A DNA stretch of 32,000 nucleotides from NCBI RefSeq assembly GCF_036323395.1, contig NZ_AP028907.1:870001-902000 (forward strand). The letters are read 5' to 3'. The DNA is from Pyrodictium abyssi (lineage in GTDB: Archaea; Thermoproteota; Thermoprotei_A; Sulfolobales; Pyrodictiaceae). Of this stretch, positions 7,964 through 16,600 are shown piece after piece. Both the position numbers and the translations under genes were made by a program. Under the pieces are notes generated by a model, which saw only the letters and a list, made by a program, of their open reading frames with translations, searched no databases and was not told the DNA's origin. Within the stretch, counting starts at the first letter, position 1; every line of letters begins with the position of its first letter.

Positions 7964-8019
7964 GACGCGAGTACACCCCTACAGGTTCAGATGTGTCTCT
8001 AAAGTCTCCGGCCCTAGGG

Positions 8020-9171
8020 CTAGTCCACGCGCATCATTAGCTCTTCTCCGTAGTCTACAACCACTCGTATATACCCTCTCAGCTCCCGGTCGAGCTCCGG
8101 GTCCCCAGTATCGACGCGTAGCTTCCTCAGGTGCTGTACTTTATTTCTCGTAGCGACGACTACTATACCCTTCTTCCCTATAAGCCTTAGCACGCGTGGT
8201 GATATCTGCTGGTTACCTCGTCCTAGTATATATCCTTGGCCGCCTATCGGCGTGACTATTAGCTTTACCGAGCCGCCTCTGGCTAGGTGGCTCTTTACTA
8301 TCTCGTAGAGCTTCTCCTCATCAACGTCTAGGGCTACAACACGTCCATTATGCACGACGTCTACACCTAGAAGGGTCTTCTCGACACCCATCTCGTCGGC
8401 TATAGCTTTGACCGTGGAACCCGGCCCGAGGATATACAGTGTACACGGCTTCATGGACTCCACGACATACCTGGCTATAGCCTGCTTATTCTCTTCTTCA
8501 TCGGGGCTAGAGGGTGAAGGCTGTTTGCTAGAGCCCACCATCTTCGAGCTACAGGGGACGCGTGCTACGCCGTACAGCTTTACCCTTAGCTCTCCAGCTC
8601 TAAACGCCTCCTCGTCTATGTCGAGCACTTCTGCTTCGCAGAGCCCGCCAGAGTGTAGCCACTCCCACAGAACATCAGCAGCAGCCTCGGGGGTCTCAGC
8701 GTAGACAGAGCTATACATCTTGACCCCGGCAGGGACACCGAGAACGGGCACCTCATGGCTGGGGCCTAAGGCCTCTAGGACATCCCTCGCGGTGCCATCC
8801 CCGCCGACAAACACTACTATCTCCGAGCCCTCTTTGAGGCAGTTCTTAACAGCAGCTATCGTGTCCTGGCGGCGTGTAGGCCACCCCTGGGGCCTGTACA
8901 CGACTATGGCCCGTAGCCCCGCAGTGGCTGCCTCCTCCTCGCCCATTAGGCCGCCAGCAGTCAGTATGTCGAGGCCCTTGTCTATGCCTAGTGTTTTTAG
9001 CCGTGATAGGAACCTCGCGGCCTTCTGCGGCGAGACGAGAGCAGCGCCCCGCTCAAGAGCTATAAGTCCAGCCTCTCCATCGCTGCCCTTGAGGGCTAGA
9101 GGCCCGCCTATACCCGCTAAGGGATTTACCACAAAGCATAGTCTACGCCTCAAAAGACTGCACCCATGCAC
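8020..9171 (-). CDS. ATP-NAD kinase-like protein (AcoX/COG3199-type, GGDGT kinase fold)
   Basis: Motifs are LCFVVNPLAGIGGPLALKGSDG, VFVGGDGTARDVL and VLGVPAGVKMYSSVYA. I start at GTG 9171..9169 (GAGG upstream). The 107 further upstream codons of track ORF 8020..9492 are S/T/P-rich and overlap nadM on the other strand. Confidence 0.7.
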   Translation of the reverse strand: MHGCSLLRRRLCFVVNPLAGIGGPLALKGSDGEAGLIALERGAALVSPQKAARFLSRLKTLGIDKGLDILTAGGLMGEEEAATAGLRAIVVYRPQGWPTRRQDTIAAVKNCLKEGSEIVVFVGGDGTARDVLEALGPSHEVPVLGVPAGVKMYSSVYAETPEAAADVLWEWLHSGGLCEAEVLDIDEEAFRAGELRVKLYGVARVPCSSKMVGSSKQPSPSSPDEEENKQAIARYVVESMKPCTLYILGPGSTVKAIADEMGVEKTLLGVDVVHNGRVVALDVDEEKLYEIVKSHLARGGSVKLIVTPIGGQGYILGRGNQQISPRVLRLIGKKGIVVVATRNKVQHLRKLRVDTGDPELDRELRGYIRVVVDYGEELMMRVD

Positions 9172-9235
9172 CCTCGGGGCTCTAGGCCCAGAGTGGAGCT
9201 GTACGCTAAAACGGTAGAGATGGGGTAGGCGATCT

Positions 9236-9829
9236 ATGAATGCGGGAGATGATGTGCTGGGAGCGAGTAGGCGTGTACTATTCTTCGGAAGATTCCAGCC
9301 ATTCCACAATGGCCACCTAGCGGCGGTGAAGTGGCTGCTAGAGCGGTATGACGAGGTCGTGATACTCGTTGGTATGGCTGACGAGAGCCATACTTGGCGG
9401 AACCCCTTCACGGCGGGTGAGCGCCTGCTAATGATACGCGAGGCCCTCAGAAGCGCTGGCGTGGAACTCTCCAGGGTGATAACGGCTACCATACAGACTC
9501 TAACAGTATATAGTGGAAACTCTGGCTTTGTACTGGGCTACGTGCCTCCGGTAGACGCGGTGGCCACTGCTAACCCTGCAGTCAACCGTGCATTCCGTGA
9601 TGCCGGTGTGAAGACCGTCAAGCCGCCGCTAGTAAACAAGCACGTCTGGTGCGGAGAGTACATACGCTGCCTAATGCTCCGCGGCGACGAGTCCTGGAGA
9701 AGCCTAGTGCCAGAACCCGTACCCAGGATAATAGATAGTATCGATGGTGTAACGAGGATACGCGAGATTGTGAGCGAGACCATCTACAGAGTCGAGGCAG
9801 CGTGCAGCAGACTTGCACAGCAGCGGTAA
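9236..9829 (+). CDS. nadM: nicotinamide-nucleotide adenylyltransferase (archaeal NMNAT)
   Basis: The signature GRFQPFHNGH is at 9287-9316. The size is typical at about 190 aa, and the downstream motif NPFTAGER is present. Confidence 0.9.
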   Translation: MNAGDDVLGASRRVLFFGRFQPFHNGHLAAVKWLLERYDEVVILVGMADESHTWRNPFTAGERLLMIREALRSAGVELSRVITATIQTLTVYSGNSGFVLGYVPPVDAVATANPAVNRAFRDAGVKTVKPPLVNKHVWCGEYIRCLMLRGDESWRSLVPEPVPRIIDSIDGVTRIREIVSETIYRVEAACSRLAQQR

Positions 9830-10362
9830 CACGTACTACTAGCACGGAACAAGCCTACCAGACACTGGCCCGGGCATGTGGCTGCACTTACTAGCGCCCT
9901 GTACTTCTCGGCTAGACCTGTCGTAACCCCTGGCAGGACAAGGCTATCGGCGTCTAGCCATCCTATAACCTCGAGGACACGGGGATCCGAGAGAGCTATC
10001 ACAATAGCATCCCTAAGAGCTATAATATTCCTTGCTACAAACTCGGGGCCCCAATCGCTGCACAGCAACAAGGCTATAGTGTAGCTGTTTCTATGCAAGC
10101 AGTCTACGCCCTCGAGGAGCCTGGCAGCGGACTCTGTCACAATGGCTCCTGCTCTGCTAGACTCTATGAGGCCGGTAGCGCGGAGCCTTGCTAGAATGTT
10201 CCTTGTACGTTTATCGCCGAGACCCAGTATACGCGATATGCTAGGCCTGCCGATGGGGCCATGCTCTCTCACAACAAGGAGTACAGAGACATAGTCTATT
10301 AGGTTCCTACTGGGCAGTTCTCGCCCAAGGTTAGCTGCTATCTCTTTGGCCTTCCTGCACAT
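9784..10362 (-). CDS. putative transcriptional regulator: N-terminal wHTH plus an uncharacterised C-terminal domain (DUF4443-like, unverified)
   Basis: The wHTH-like segment is VLLVVREHGPIGRPSISRILGLGDKRTRNILARLRATGLIESSRAG. The 3' end overlaps nadM by 46 nt (convergent). The 5' end overlaps the upstream gene by 32 nt. Confidence 0.5.
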   Translation of the reverse strand: MCRKAKEIAANLGRELPSRNLIDYVSVLLVVREHGPIGRPSISRILGLGDKRTRNILARLRATGLIESSRAGAIVTESAARLLEGVDCLHRNSYTIALLLCSDWGPEFVARNIIALRDAIVIALSDPRVLEVIGWLDADSLVLPGVTTGLAEKYRALVSAATCPGQCLVGLFRASSTCYRCCASLLHAASTL

Positions 10363-10672
10363 TATCCTCCTCCTCTGCCGGGAGGCGGGGAACGGTAGTA
10401 CCGAAACTGTACCTCTTCACAACCTCCATCCACTCCTTCTCGTCCACATCTATACCCTCAGAAATGAGGTATGCAGCGAACTCCCGGGCCGTAACCTCCT
10501 CGCTATAGAGTATCTTCCTTTCGATGTCCCGCCAGTTGCTCTGTGCTCTTATCCCGGCCTCCTCGTAGAGCCACTCTGCAAGCTGGCCCGGCTCTATCCC
10601 CGCCTCGCGTGCACGCCGCAGGAGCATCTCCTTAAGCTTCCTATCTAGTAGCCGTCTACGGACATACGCCAA
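10331..10672 (-). CDS. hypothetical protein (113 aa, helical, acidic C-terminus)
   Basis: TTG start. The charged, thermophile-like composition (MAYVRRRLLDRKLKEMLLRRAREAGIEPGQLAEWLYEE...) supports a real gene. The antisense ORF 10346..10648 is Leu/Pro/His-rich and looks spurious. Confidence 0.5.
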   Translation of the reverse strand: MAYVRRRLLDRKLKEMLLRRAREAGIEPGQLAEWLYEEAGIRAQSNWRDIERKILYSEEVTAREFAAYLISEGIDVDEKEWMEVVKRYSFGTTVPRLPAEEEDNVQEGQRDSS

Positions 10673-10855
10673 GAGCCGGCCTCCCCCGGTCCGTGAAGTC
10701 TACATCCCCTCTTTAGCCCTAAAGGGTTAGCTACAAGGCCCCGGTCATCGGCCGGCGTATTCTACTGTACACTCTGGACCCGTTAAATAGAGCCGTTAAG
10801 CGCAGCCCGTAGGCTCCGCCAGGAGCTGGTAGAAGCGGCGGGGATACTGCCACAG

Positions 10856-11254
10856 CTAGCCGCCGAGGTTCATGTTCTTGACTGGAAGCTTCAGGTAGTC
10901 TACAACCTTCTGCACAATCCAGGCGTAGCGTGGGTCACCGTAGCTATAGCGGAGCTTAAGCTTGCGGTAGACAGCCCGGTAGAGTAGCTGCGCGTCAGGC
11001 GAGTAGACCTCTATAAAGCCCTTAACGTGGCCCCGAAGGTTCTTCACGAGGTAGACGTACACCAGGTACCAGCCCTGGGGCACAGCTATGGAAGCAGTGT
11101 AGGCGCTGCCCCTGCTATACAGTGGCTTCTCCTTCTGAGTTATCCTAGGCCGCGGCTCTACTATCTCACCGTTCTCGGATACCAGTAGAGCAAGGCTCCG
11201 CACGGCATGCTTGCCGCTACGGCTCTTGCTCATTTCTATCCTAACATTCAGCAT
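10856..11254 (-). CDS. hypothetical protein ending in a C-terminal Gly-Gly
   Basis: 132 aa, with an alternative ATG at 11233. Composition is beta-rich and Tyr/Val-rich. The last codons read V-K-N-M-N-L-G-G-stop (GGC GGC TAG, 10864..10856). Confidence 0.55.
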   Translation of the reverse strand: MLNVRIEMSKSRSGKHAVRSLALLVSENGEIVEPRPRITQKEKPLYSRGSAYTASIAVPQGWYLVYVYLVKNLRGHVKGFIEVYSPDAQLLYRAVYRKLKLRYSYGDPRYAWIVQKVVDYLKLPVKNMNLGG

Positions 11255-11289
11255 AACGCTCAGCCCCTCGTGCCAGAGGGCGGGGAGGC

Positions 11290-11538
11290 TTATTGAGCCG
11301 GGGCAGTTCCACGTACTATGAGTACTGTGCCGCTAGTAGATATCTCTGCGTCATCGTCTATGACGTATAGCGTGACACCGTTATACATGCCAGTGGGCAG
11401 CCTAGCTCTAACACCATCAAGTACTACACTCTTTACCCCGCTGTACACCTCCTCGGATACCATCCGCCCGGAATCATCGTATACAACCTTCTTTACTGCG
11501 CCCCTATCACGCATGTGAAAGATAAGAGTCGTGGACAT
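11290..11538 (-). CDS. small hypothetical protein (about 82 aa)
   Basis: I prefer the internal ATG at 11538 (MSTTLIFHMRDRGAVKKVVYDD...). The 15 upstream residues of the track ORF (MYIGRPCCSLAGARV) look non-coding. It lies 35 nt upstream of the next co-oriented gene. Confidence 0.45.
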   Translation of the reverse strand: MSTTLIFHMRDRGAVKKVVYDDSGRMVSEEVYSGVKSVVLDGVRARLPTGMYNGVTLYVIDDDAEISTSGTVLIVRGTAPAQ

Positions 11539-11607
11539 AACCCTAGCCCCTGCTAGGCTGCAGCACGGGCGCCCTATATACAAGGTGCCTCTAGGAGGCC
11601 GGGCAGC

Positions 11608-11964
11608 CTAATCCTCCACCTCTATATAGAACCTTGGCGGGTCTATGCGCTGGCTCTTGCACCTAGGACACTTGCTCGGCTTCCTAGGCGTATCGAGCCC
11701 CTTAAACACGTACCCGCAGCTCTTACAGCTGGGCGGGATCATATACAGAACAGCTCTCCCACTATAGCTGCGCCTAAGAGTCTTCGCAATATGCTTCAGA
11801 TGAAGATAGACCTCGTGCTCACCGGTAACAGGGTCTAGGCCTACGAGCTCTGCTATCTCCCTAGCTGATAGCGGTGACCTGCTTTCAAGAAGGACGTGGA
11901 TAATGCGTTTACGTGTAGTGTCTTCGAGCGACAAGAGTCTGCTCCCTATGACAACTAGTGGCAA
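11608..11964 (-). CDS. transcriptional regulator, ArsR-like HTH fused to a C-terminal zinc ribbon
   Basis: TTG start. The HTH is RKRIIHVLLESRSPLSAREIAELVGL. The four-Cys ribbon is CKSCGYVFKGLDTPRKPSKCPRCKS. Confidence 0.6.
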   Translation of the reverse strand: MPLVVIGSRLLSLEDTTRKRIIHVLLESRSPLSAREIAELVGLDPVTGEHEVYLHLKHIAKTLRRSYSGRAVLYMIPPSCKSCGYVFKGLDTPRKPSKCPRCKSQRIDPPRFYIEVED

Positions 11965-12009
11965 CCAATAGCTAATACATGTAGATGTACGGGGATATCC
12001 GTCGTGGCG

Positions 12010-12498
12010 CTATGCTGGCTTCTCAATTATCTCTGCTAGGCGCTGCTCGGCTACAGCTTCAGCTTCGTCGAGTATCTTCCGTACATGCTCGCCGACTACC
12101 GGGTCGTCGGCAATGGAGAGCTCGACCCCAGATATCGACGCTATGGACGACACCATGTTCTCGAGATCAGCTAGCATGCTTGCTACTCCGGGGGCTATCA
12201 TCCCGTATGCATGTTTTACCTCGGCTAGTGTCCTCTTTATTATGGACAGATCCTCTGATGAGAGAGCCCCGATGTTAGCCAGTGTTTCAAGCCTTATTGA
12301 TAGGACTTCGAGGACAGCCTGTAGCCGGAGGACGTTATGAAGCATCTGGTAGAGAGAAGGATCGCCGGTCCTCTCATAGCTAGACTTCAGCCTTGCTACT
12401 AGTAGGCCGAGCCTAGAGACAGCATAGCGTGTAGCCACGGCTAGCTCTAGCAGCTTAATCCTAGGGGATGTCTTCTGCCGTCGCCGTCTGAATAGCAT
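12010..12498 (-). CDS. ESCRT-III (CdvB/Snf7-family) paralogue, short form without a winged-helix tail
   Basis: 162 aa with a basic N-terminus (MLFRRRRQK). Three segments match my memory of conserved blocks in crenarchaeal CdvB paralogues: LEVLSIRLETLANIG, IAPGVASMLADLENMVSSI, and the acidic tail VRKILDEAEAVAEQRLAEI. Confidence 0.55.
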   Translation of the reverse strand: MLFRRRRQKTSPRIKLLELAVATRYAVSRLGLLVARLKSSYERTGDPSLYQMLHNVLRLQAVLEVLSIRLETLANIGALSSEDLSIIKRTLAEVKHAYGMIAPGVASMLADLENMVSSIASISGVELSIADDPVVGEHVRKILDEAEAVAEQRLAEIIEKPA

Positions 12499-12629
12499 GA
12501 TGCTTCTAGCCCCCGGCCGGAGACTTGTTCCTAGGCTACGGCCAGTACCCGGTTTTAGCGGTGTACAGCCCCATATACGATACTATACAGCTAGGGCAGC
12601 CTATTGGGGGAAGAAAAGCTGTGGGGCTC

Positions 12630-14870
12630 TTAGCCCTTCCACTTGTATAGTATGAGTGCCTGCACGAGGTAGTAGATGTTGCCGTTTGCATTGACTGCTA
12701 GAACTCTACCCTTGGAGTCCATGTAGAAGCCTAGTATCACCTTGTATGGCTCAAAGTGCTTGAACTCGACGGGTGTAGTCTTCTCGCCGAATAGTATGAC
12801 GTTCCTTATGTTTGTCTTCACGGTCTTGAGATGCTCTCTCGGGAACACGTCTCCTACCTTACCGAAGCTGTACGGCGCGCTTGCGAACATCTTGTATATC
12901 AGTGTCTGCTTGTACTTAGCGTTGCCGACGGCAAAGCCAAGCTTATCCTTCCCGGCTATATGTAGCATAGCCCACGACTTAGCTATGTCTATCGCGGGGA
13001 AGTTTGCCAGGCCTATAGTGTATATTAGGGTCCCGTTCACTGGGTCGAATAACGCGTTGTCGTGCACGAATATGAGGGTCTTGCCAGGCTTCAAGTGTAA
13101 CTTGCCAAGTATACTTACGGCTTCCTCCTCGCTGGTTGATGTGAAGAACTCTGCTAGCAGCCTTATCTGGGTCCCGTTACTCGTTGCACCGTCGGCGAGT
13201 GTTGGACGATTAGCGCCAACGCTTATCCAGTAGCCATAGTCCCACCACGCGACTACTACTGTATCGTTTGTCGTCTCGCGGTCTAGTACGTCGAGCATGT
13301 AGAGCCAGCCATACTGCTGGGCGTTCAAGCTATAGCCAGTCACGCTTGCAACCTGGCTAGACATCATAGCATAAGTCGTCTTAGCGCCTAGGACTGCAGC
13401 CACGAGGATGGCTATCACGAAGGCGGCCGTAGCTACAAGCCTCAGCTCGCTTGTATGCAGTGTCTGGCGCTTTGAGCGAGGCATCGTGCTCCTGGGCCTG
13501 GCGGAGGCTACTATGCCGAGTGTTGCGGCTATAGCTAGTACTCCCGCAACGGATGATGCTTGTAGGAAGTAGAGCATTCCAAGCACAGCGTAGTAGAGGC
13601 CCATGGCGGTCAGGGCTAGAGGCAGATGCTCTGGTTCTTTTCGGCGGAACGCCCTGTACAGCAGGTACAGTGCTGCTACAGGTGTGAAGAGGGCAGCGAT
13701 GTTGCCCTGACGGACGAAGTTGTCAAAGAGACCGGGGTTCGATAGAGGCGAGGAATGCTCAGCGACAGTCTCCGCGAGCGCGGATAGATGGAGCTTCCCC
13801 ATAAGGCGGAGCGGCCACGCCAGGGCGAAGAGCGCTCTACCACTAATACCGAGCATGGGTGCGGCTAGTACGCCGGCAACGAGGAGAGCGACAACTACGA
13901 TAGAGTAGAGCCTTGTAGCCGGTATCGCTGCCATACTAGATACGCGGCGTAGCTGAGCCAGCTCTATAGCCTTCACTATCATGTACGACACAACAGTGCC
14001 GAGCACAGCTATTATACCGTATTTCACCGACACAGGCCCATACATAGACGCAATATAAGTAGCAGAGGCAAACCCAGCTCCCACGGCTATACTGGCTTTA
14101 GCGATCTCAGCAGAGTATCTCCATTCTACCGTCAGCGGCGCCAGCAGCGACGCTACAGCGATCAGTAGTGCAGCGAACGAGTAGCCGCCCCACACGAAGC
14201 CTATGGAACCTAGTACAAGTCCTGTCGCTAGCGCTATCGGGATGTTACGCCTCCGGAGAGTCTCGCTATAAAGCAGGAGCCCAGCTATAAGGAACGGTAT
14301 AGCGATTCCAGTCTTCTCCACGAAACCAGCGAATGTCCTCGCGCTAGAGGCAGGCAGCACTGCAAGCAATAGAGCAGCGGCAATACCTGCTAGCTCCCCA
14401 TAGAACCGTCTAATGTACAGATAGGCTATAGGGACCATGAGTGCGCCGAATATTGGGGGGAGCAGAGAGACCCAGCGTACAGTGCTCAGCGAGCCGGGCG
14501 CCAGCGCCCCGATGACAGGTGCGAATGGGTACTCTCCTCTGGCGAAGTCCCTTCCCCATGGATACCAGAATATATGGGTATCAGGGTTATCCCGAGTTAG
14601 GCTGGTCCATGAGCCTATACCGTGTGTCCGCAGATACTCAGCCAGCCAGTACTCTATCCAAGGGTCATTGGCGTTGAGGAATGCGTACTCAGCCTTGTCG
14701 CCGAGGCCTAGGCCTACAGCCCTAGCGTATATGGCTTGATAGTTTTTGTAAGGTAATGCACGGAGGTAGAAGGCCATAGCAGTGAACAATATAACAAGAG
14801 ATACAGCTATAATCGTAAACGCTTTACTGTTTGTCATTGAGCTTAGCCGGTTAAGGGTTCTGTCCATCAT
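12630..14870 (-). CDS. aglB: archaeal oligosaccharyltransferase AglB (STT3 family)
   Basis: 746 aa. A polytopic N-terminal membrane domain is followed by the catalytic WWDYGYW motif (13233-13247 encodes WWDYG) and a soluble C-terminal domain. Confidence 0.95.
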   Translation of the reverse strand: MMDRTLNRLSSMTNSKAFTIIAVSLVILFTAMAFYLRALPYKNYQAIYARAVGLGLGDKAEYAFLNANDPWIEYWLAEYLRTHGIGSWTSLTRDNPDTHIFWYPWGRDFARGEYPFAPVIGALAPGSLSTVRWVSLLPPIFGALMVPIAYLYIRRFYGELAGIAAALLLAVLPASSARTFAGFVEKTGIAIPFLIAGLLLYSETLRRRNIPIALATGLVLGSIGFVWGGYSFAALLIAVASLLAPLTVEWRYSAEIAKASIAVGAGFASATYIASMYGPVSVKYGIIAVLGTVVSYMIVKAIELAQLRRVSSMAAIPATRLYSIVVVALLVAGVLAAPMLGISGRALFALAWPLRLMGKLHLSALAETVAEHSSPLSNPGLFDNFVRQGNIAALFTPVAALYLLYRAFRRKEPEHLPLALTAMGLYYAVLGMLYFLQASSVAGVLAIAATLGIVASARPRSTMPRSKRQTLHTSELRLVATAAFVIAILVAAVLGAKTTYAMMSSQVASVTGYSLNAQQYGWLYMLDVLDRETTNDTVVVAWWDYGYWISVGANRPTLADGATSNGTQIRLLAEFFTSTSEEEAVSILGKLHLKPGKTLIFVHDNALFDPVNGTLIYTIGLANFPAIDIAKSWAMLHIAGKDKLGFAVGNAKYKQTLIYKMFASAPYSFGKVGDVFPREHLKTVKTNIRNVILFGEKTTPVEFKHFEPYKVILGFYMDSKGRVLAVNANGNIYYLVQALILYKWKG

Positions 14871-14889
14871 GGCTACACCCCGGCAGTGG

Positions 14890-15132
14890 TCAGCCCCTCG
14901 CCCTGAGCTTCAGAGCTCTAGCTATATTTGCTAATGCGAGTATAGATGCAAAAGCGTTCAGCACAGTAAAAACGACATCCCTGAGGAGGATAGCGTATAC
15001 TGTAAGCAAGATACTGCCGATTAGGTAGAGTGTGCTAAGCCTTAGAGGAGGCACAGCAGAGAGAGAAGCCGCCCAGCCAGCTATTATGAACACCATGCCA
15101 GCTATGCCTATAGCGGTCTGCGGCTCGACCAT
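14890..15132 (-). CDS. small 3-TM membrane protein, SemiSWEET/PQ-loop/LAB_N-like
   Basis: 80 aa with three hydrophobic segments. The segment LLTVYAILLRDVVFTVLN resembles the Y(G/A)I-x3-D-x6-N pattern of PQ-loop/SemiSWEET-type triple-helix bundles. This is from memory and unverified. It ends 19 nt upstream of the aglB start on the same strand. Confidence 0.45.
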   Translation of the reverse strand: MVEPQTAIGIAGMVFIIAGWAASLSAVPPLRLSTLYLIGSILLTVYAILLRDVVFTVLNAFASILALANIARALKLRARG

Positions 15133-15220
15133 GCCCGGCTATCCTTGGGCTAGGCGGTACTACTAGGAAGCATAAAAAGGCTGAGTGCAGCGCAGCGGTC
15201 CTCGGGGTGGCGTATTAGCC

Positions 15221-15574
15221 ATGACCCTTGCGGAGATAGTCTTTCAGAAGAAGAAGCTAGAGGAGAAATACGGAGTTGAGGGCAAGGTAGCAGGCCTCTA
15301 CGTAGAAGCTGGCTACGATGTGAGAATGGGCTTCAATACCGGCAAGGGTAGGCTCTCGTTCGTAGCCAAGAAGGGTGGCCAGCTCCTAGCTGTAGACGTT
15401 GTCGTGGCGAGCAAGACGGTGGGCCGCGACGCCGTAGAGGCTATAGCGGAGAAGGCTAAGACAATAAATGCTAAGCCCGTGCTAGTGCTCTATGGCGCTG
15501 GGCCGAAGCTGTCCGACGAGGCAAAGGCGGTAGCCCGGGAGCTTGGTGTAGAAATCCGGAGAGTGCGCCCATAG
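15221..15574 (+). CDS. small protein with a restriction-endonuclease-like (Mrr/Hjc-type) layout; canonical catalytic residues are not evident
   Basis: I prefer the ATG at 15221 (MTLAEIVFQKKK...). GLYVEAGYDVRMGFNTGKGRLSFVAKKGGQLLAVDVVVASK follows the helix, beta, beta-x-K topology pattern of PD-(D/E)XK folds. The expected D and E/Q-x-K positions read S and A-S-K. Confidence 0.4.
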   Translation: MTLAEIVFQKKKLEEKYGVEGKVAGLYVEAGYDVRMGFNTGKGRLSFVAKKGGQLLAVDVVVASKTVGRDAVEAIAEKAKTINAKPVLVLYGAGPKLSDEAKAVARELGVEIRRVRP

Positions 15575-15606
15575 AGCGATAAACACACAGCGATGGCTGA
15601 ATGCTC

Positions 15607-16557
15607 TTAGGATAGTATTAGCGCGAGTACGGCTTTTTGGACGTGAAGACGGTTCTCTGCCTGGTCCCAGACTACGCTCCATGGCCCTTCTATCACGTCG
15701 TCAGTAACTTCTTCCCCACGATGTGCGGGTAGACAGTGCATGAATACCGCCCTGTTAGATGCTAGTGACATAAGCTCTGCGTTCACCTGGTAGTCCTGGA
15801 GTAGCTTCCGCCGCTCCTCTGCCTCAGCCTCCTCGCCCATACTGACCCAGACATCTGTATAGACCACGTCGGCTCCCCGGACAGCCTCCTTCGGGTCCTC
15901 AAGGAGCTCTATCGTGGCCCCCGTCTCCGAGGCGGCAGCCCTTGCAGCCTCAAGCACGTCTCTACGGGGCTGCAGAGCAGGCGGCGAGGCAACTGCTATG
16001 TGTCCGCCAAGCTTCGCAATCACAAGCAGCAGGCTATGTGCCACGTTGTTGCGGCCGTCGCCCACGTATACTACCTTGACGCGGTCTATGGCGCCAAACT
16101 TCTCTTTTATCGTGAACGCGTCAGCTAAGGCCTGAAGCGGGTGCTCCACATCGCTAAGCATGTTTATGACCGGGACTGTAGCGTAAGCCGCCATTTCCTC
16201 GAGGCTTTCGTGGCTGTATACACGGGCAGCTATGGCGTCAACGTAGCGAGAGAGCACCCGCGCGGTATCCTTTATGGGCTCGCCACGGCCGAGCTGTAGC
16301 TCCTCTCTCCGGAGAGCAAGCGGGTAGGCACCAAGCTGAACCGCTGCAACCTCCATGCTTACACGGGTCCGTGTACTAGGCTTCTCAAATATCAACGCAA
16401 TAGTTCTACCCGAGAGTAGAGGAATTACACGCTCGCCAGCATAGTAGCGCTGCTTAAGCTGCTGAGCAGTATCAAGTATTAGCCGTATCTCTTCCGGAGA
16501 AAGGTCTCGTATAGACAGAAGGTCACGCCCAGAAAGCGGTCCTGGCAAACCCGGCAC
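15607..16557 (-). CDS. argF: ornithine carbamoyltransferase
   Basis: The motifs [22 protein letters not shown] and [13 protein letters not shown] are diagnostic of OTC rather than ATCase. GTG start. Confidence 0.92.
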   Translation of the reverse strand: MPGLPGPLSGRDLLSIRDLSPEEIRLILDTAQQLKQRYYAGERVIPLLSGRTIALIFEKPSTRTRVSMEVAAVQLGAYPLALRREELQLGRGEPIKDTARVLSRYVDAIAARVYSHESLEEMAAYATVPVINMLSDVEHPLQALADAFTIKEKFGAIDRVKVVYVGDGRNNVAHSLLLVIAKLGGHIAVASPPALQPRRDVLEAARAAASETGATIELLEDPKEAVRGADVVYTDVWVSMGEEAEAEERRKLLQDYQVNAELMSLASNRAVFMHCLPAHRGEEVTDDVIEGPWSVVWDQAENRLHVQKAVLALILS

Positions 16558-16582
16558 CCTGGCCGCGCATACACCAAGCCGT

Positions 16583-16600
16583 GGGATAATAGTGTATCCC
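16583..16600. promoter_or_regulatory. argF core promoter: palindromic TATA-containing element GGGATAATAGTGTATCCC
   Basis: A perfect 6-bp-arm inverted repeat (GGGATA/TATCCC) encloses an A/T-rich centre. It lies 26-43 nt upstream of the argF GTG at 16557. Confidence 0.35.

Noticed and set aside
9172-9492. The N-terminal 107 codons of track ORF 8020..9492.
   Set aside because: The stretch is S/T/P/W-rich and unlike the rest of the protein. It overlaps the nadM coding region on the opposite strand. The kinase-like homology begins right after the GTG at 9171.
12742-13233. A 163-aa + strand ORF inside aglB, plus 13720..13908 and 14437..14739.
   Set aside because: They are antisense to a gene with an unambiguous STT3/WWDYG signature and contain no motifs.
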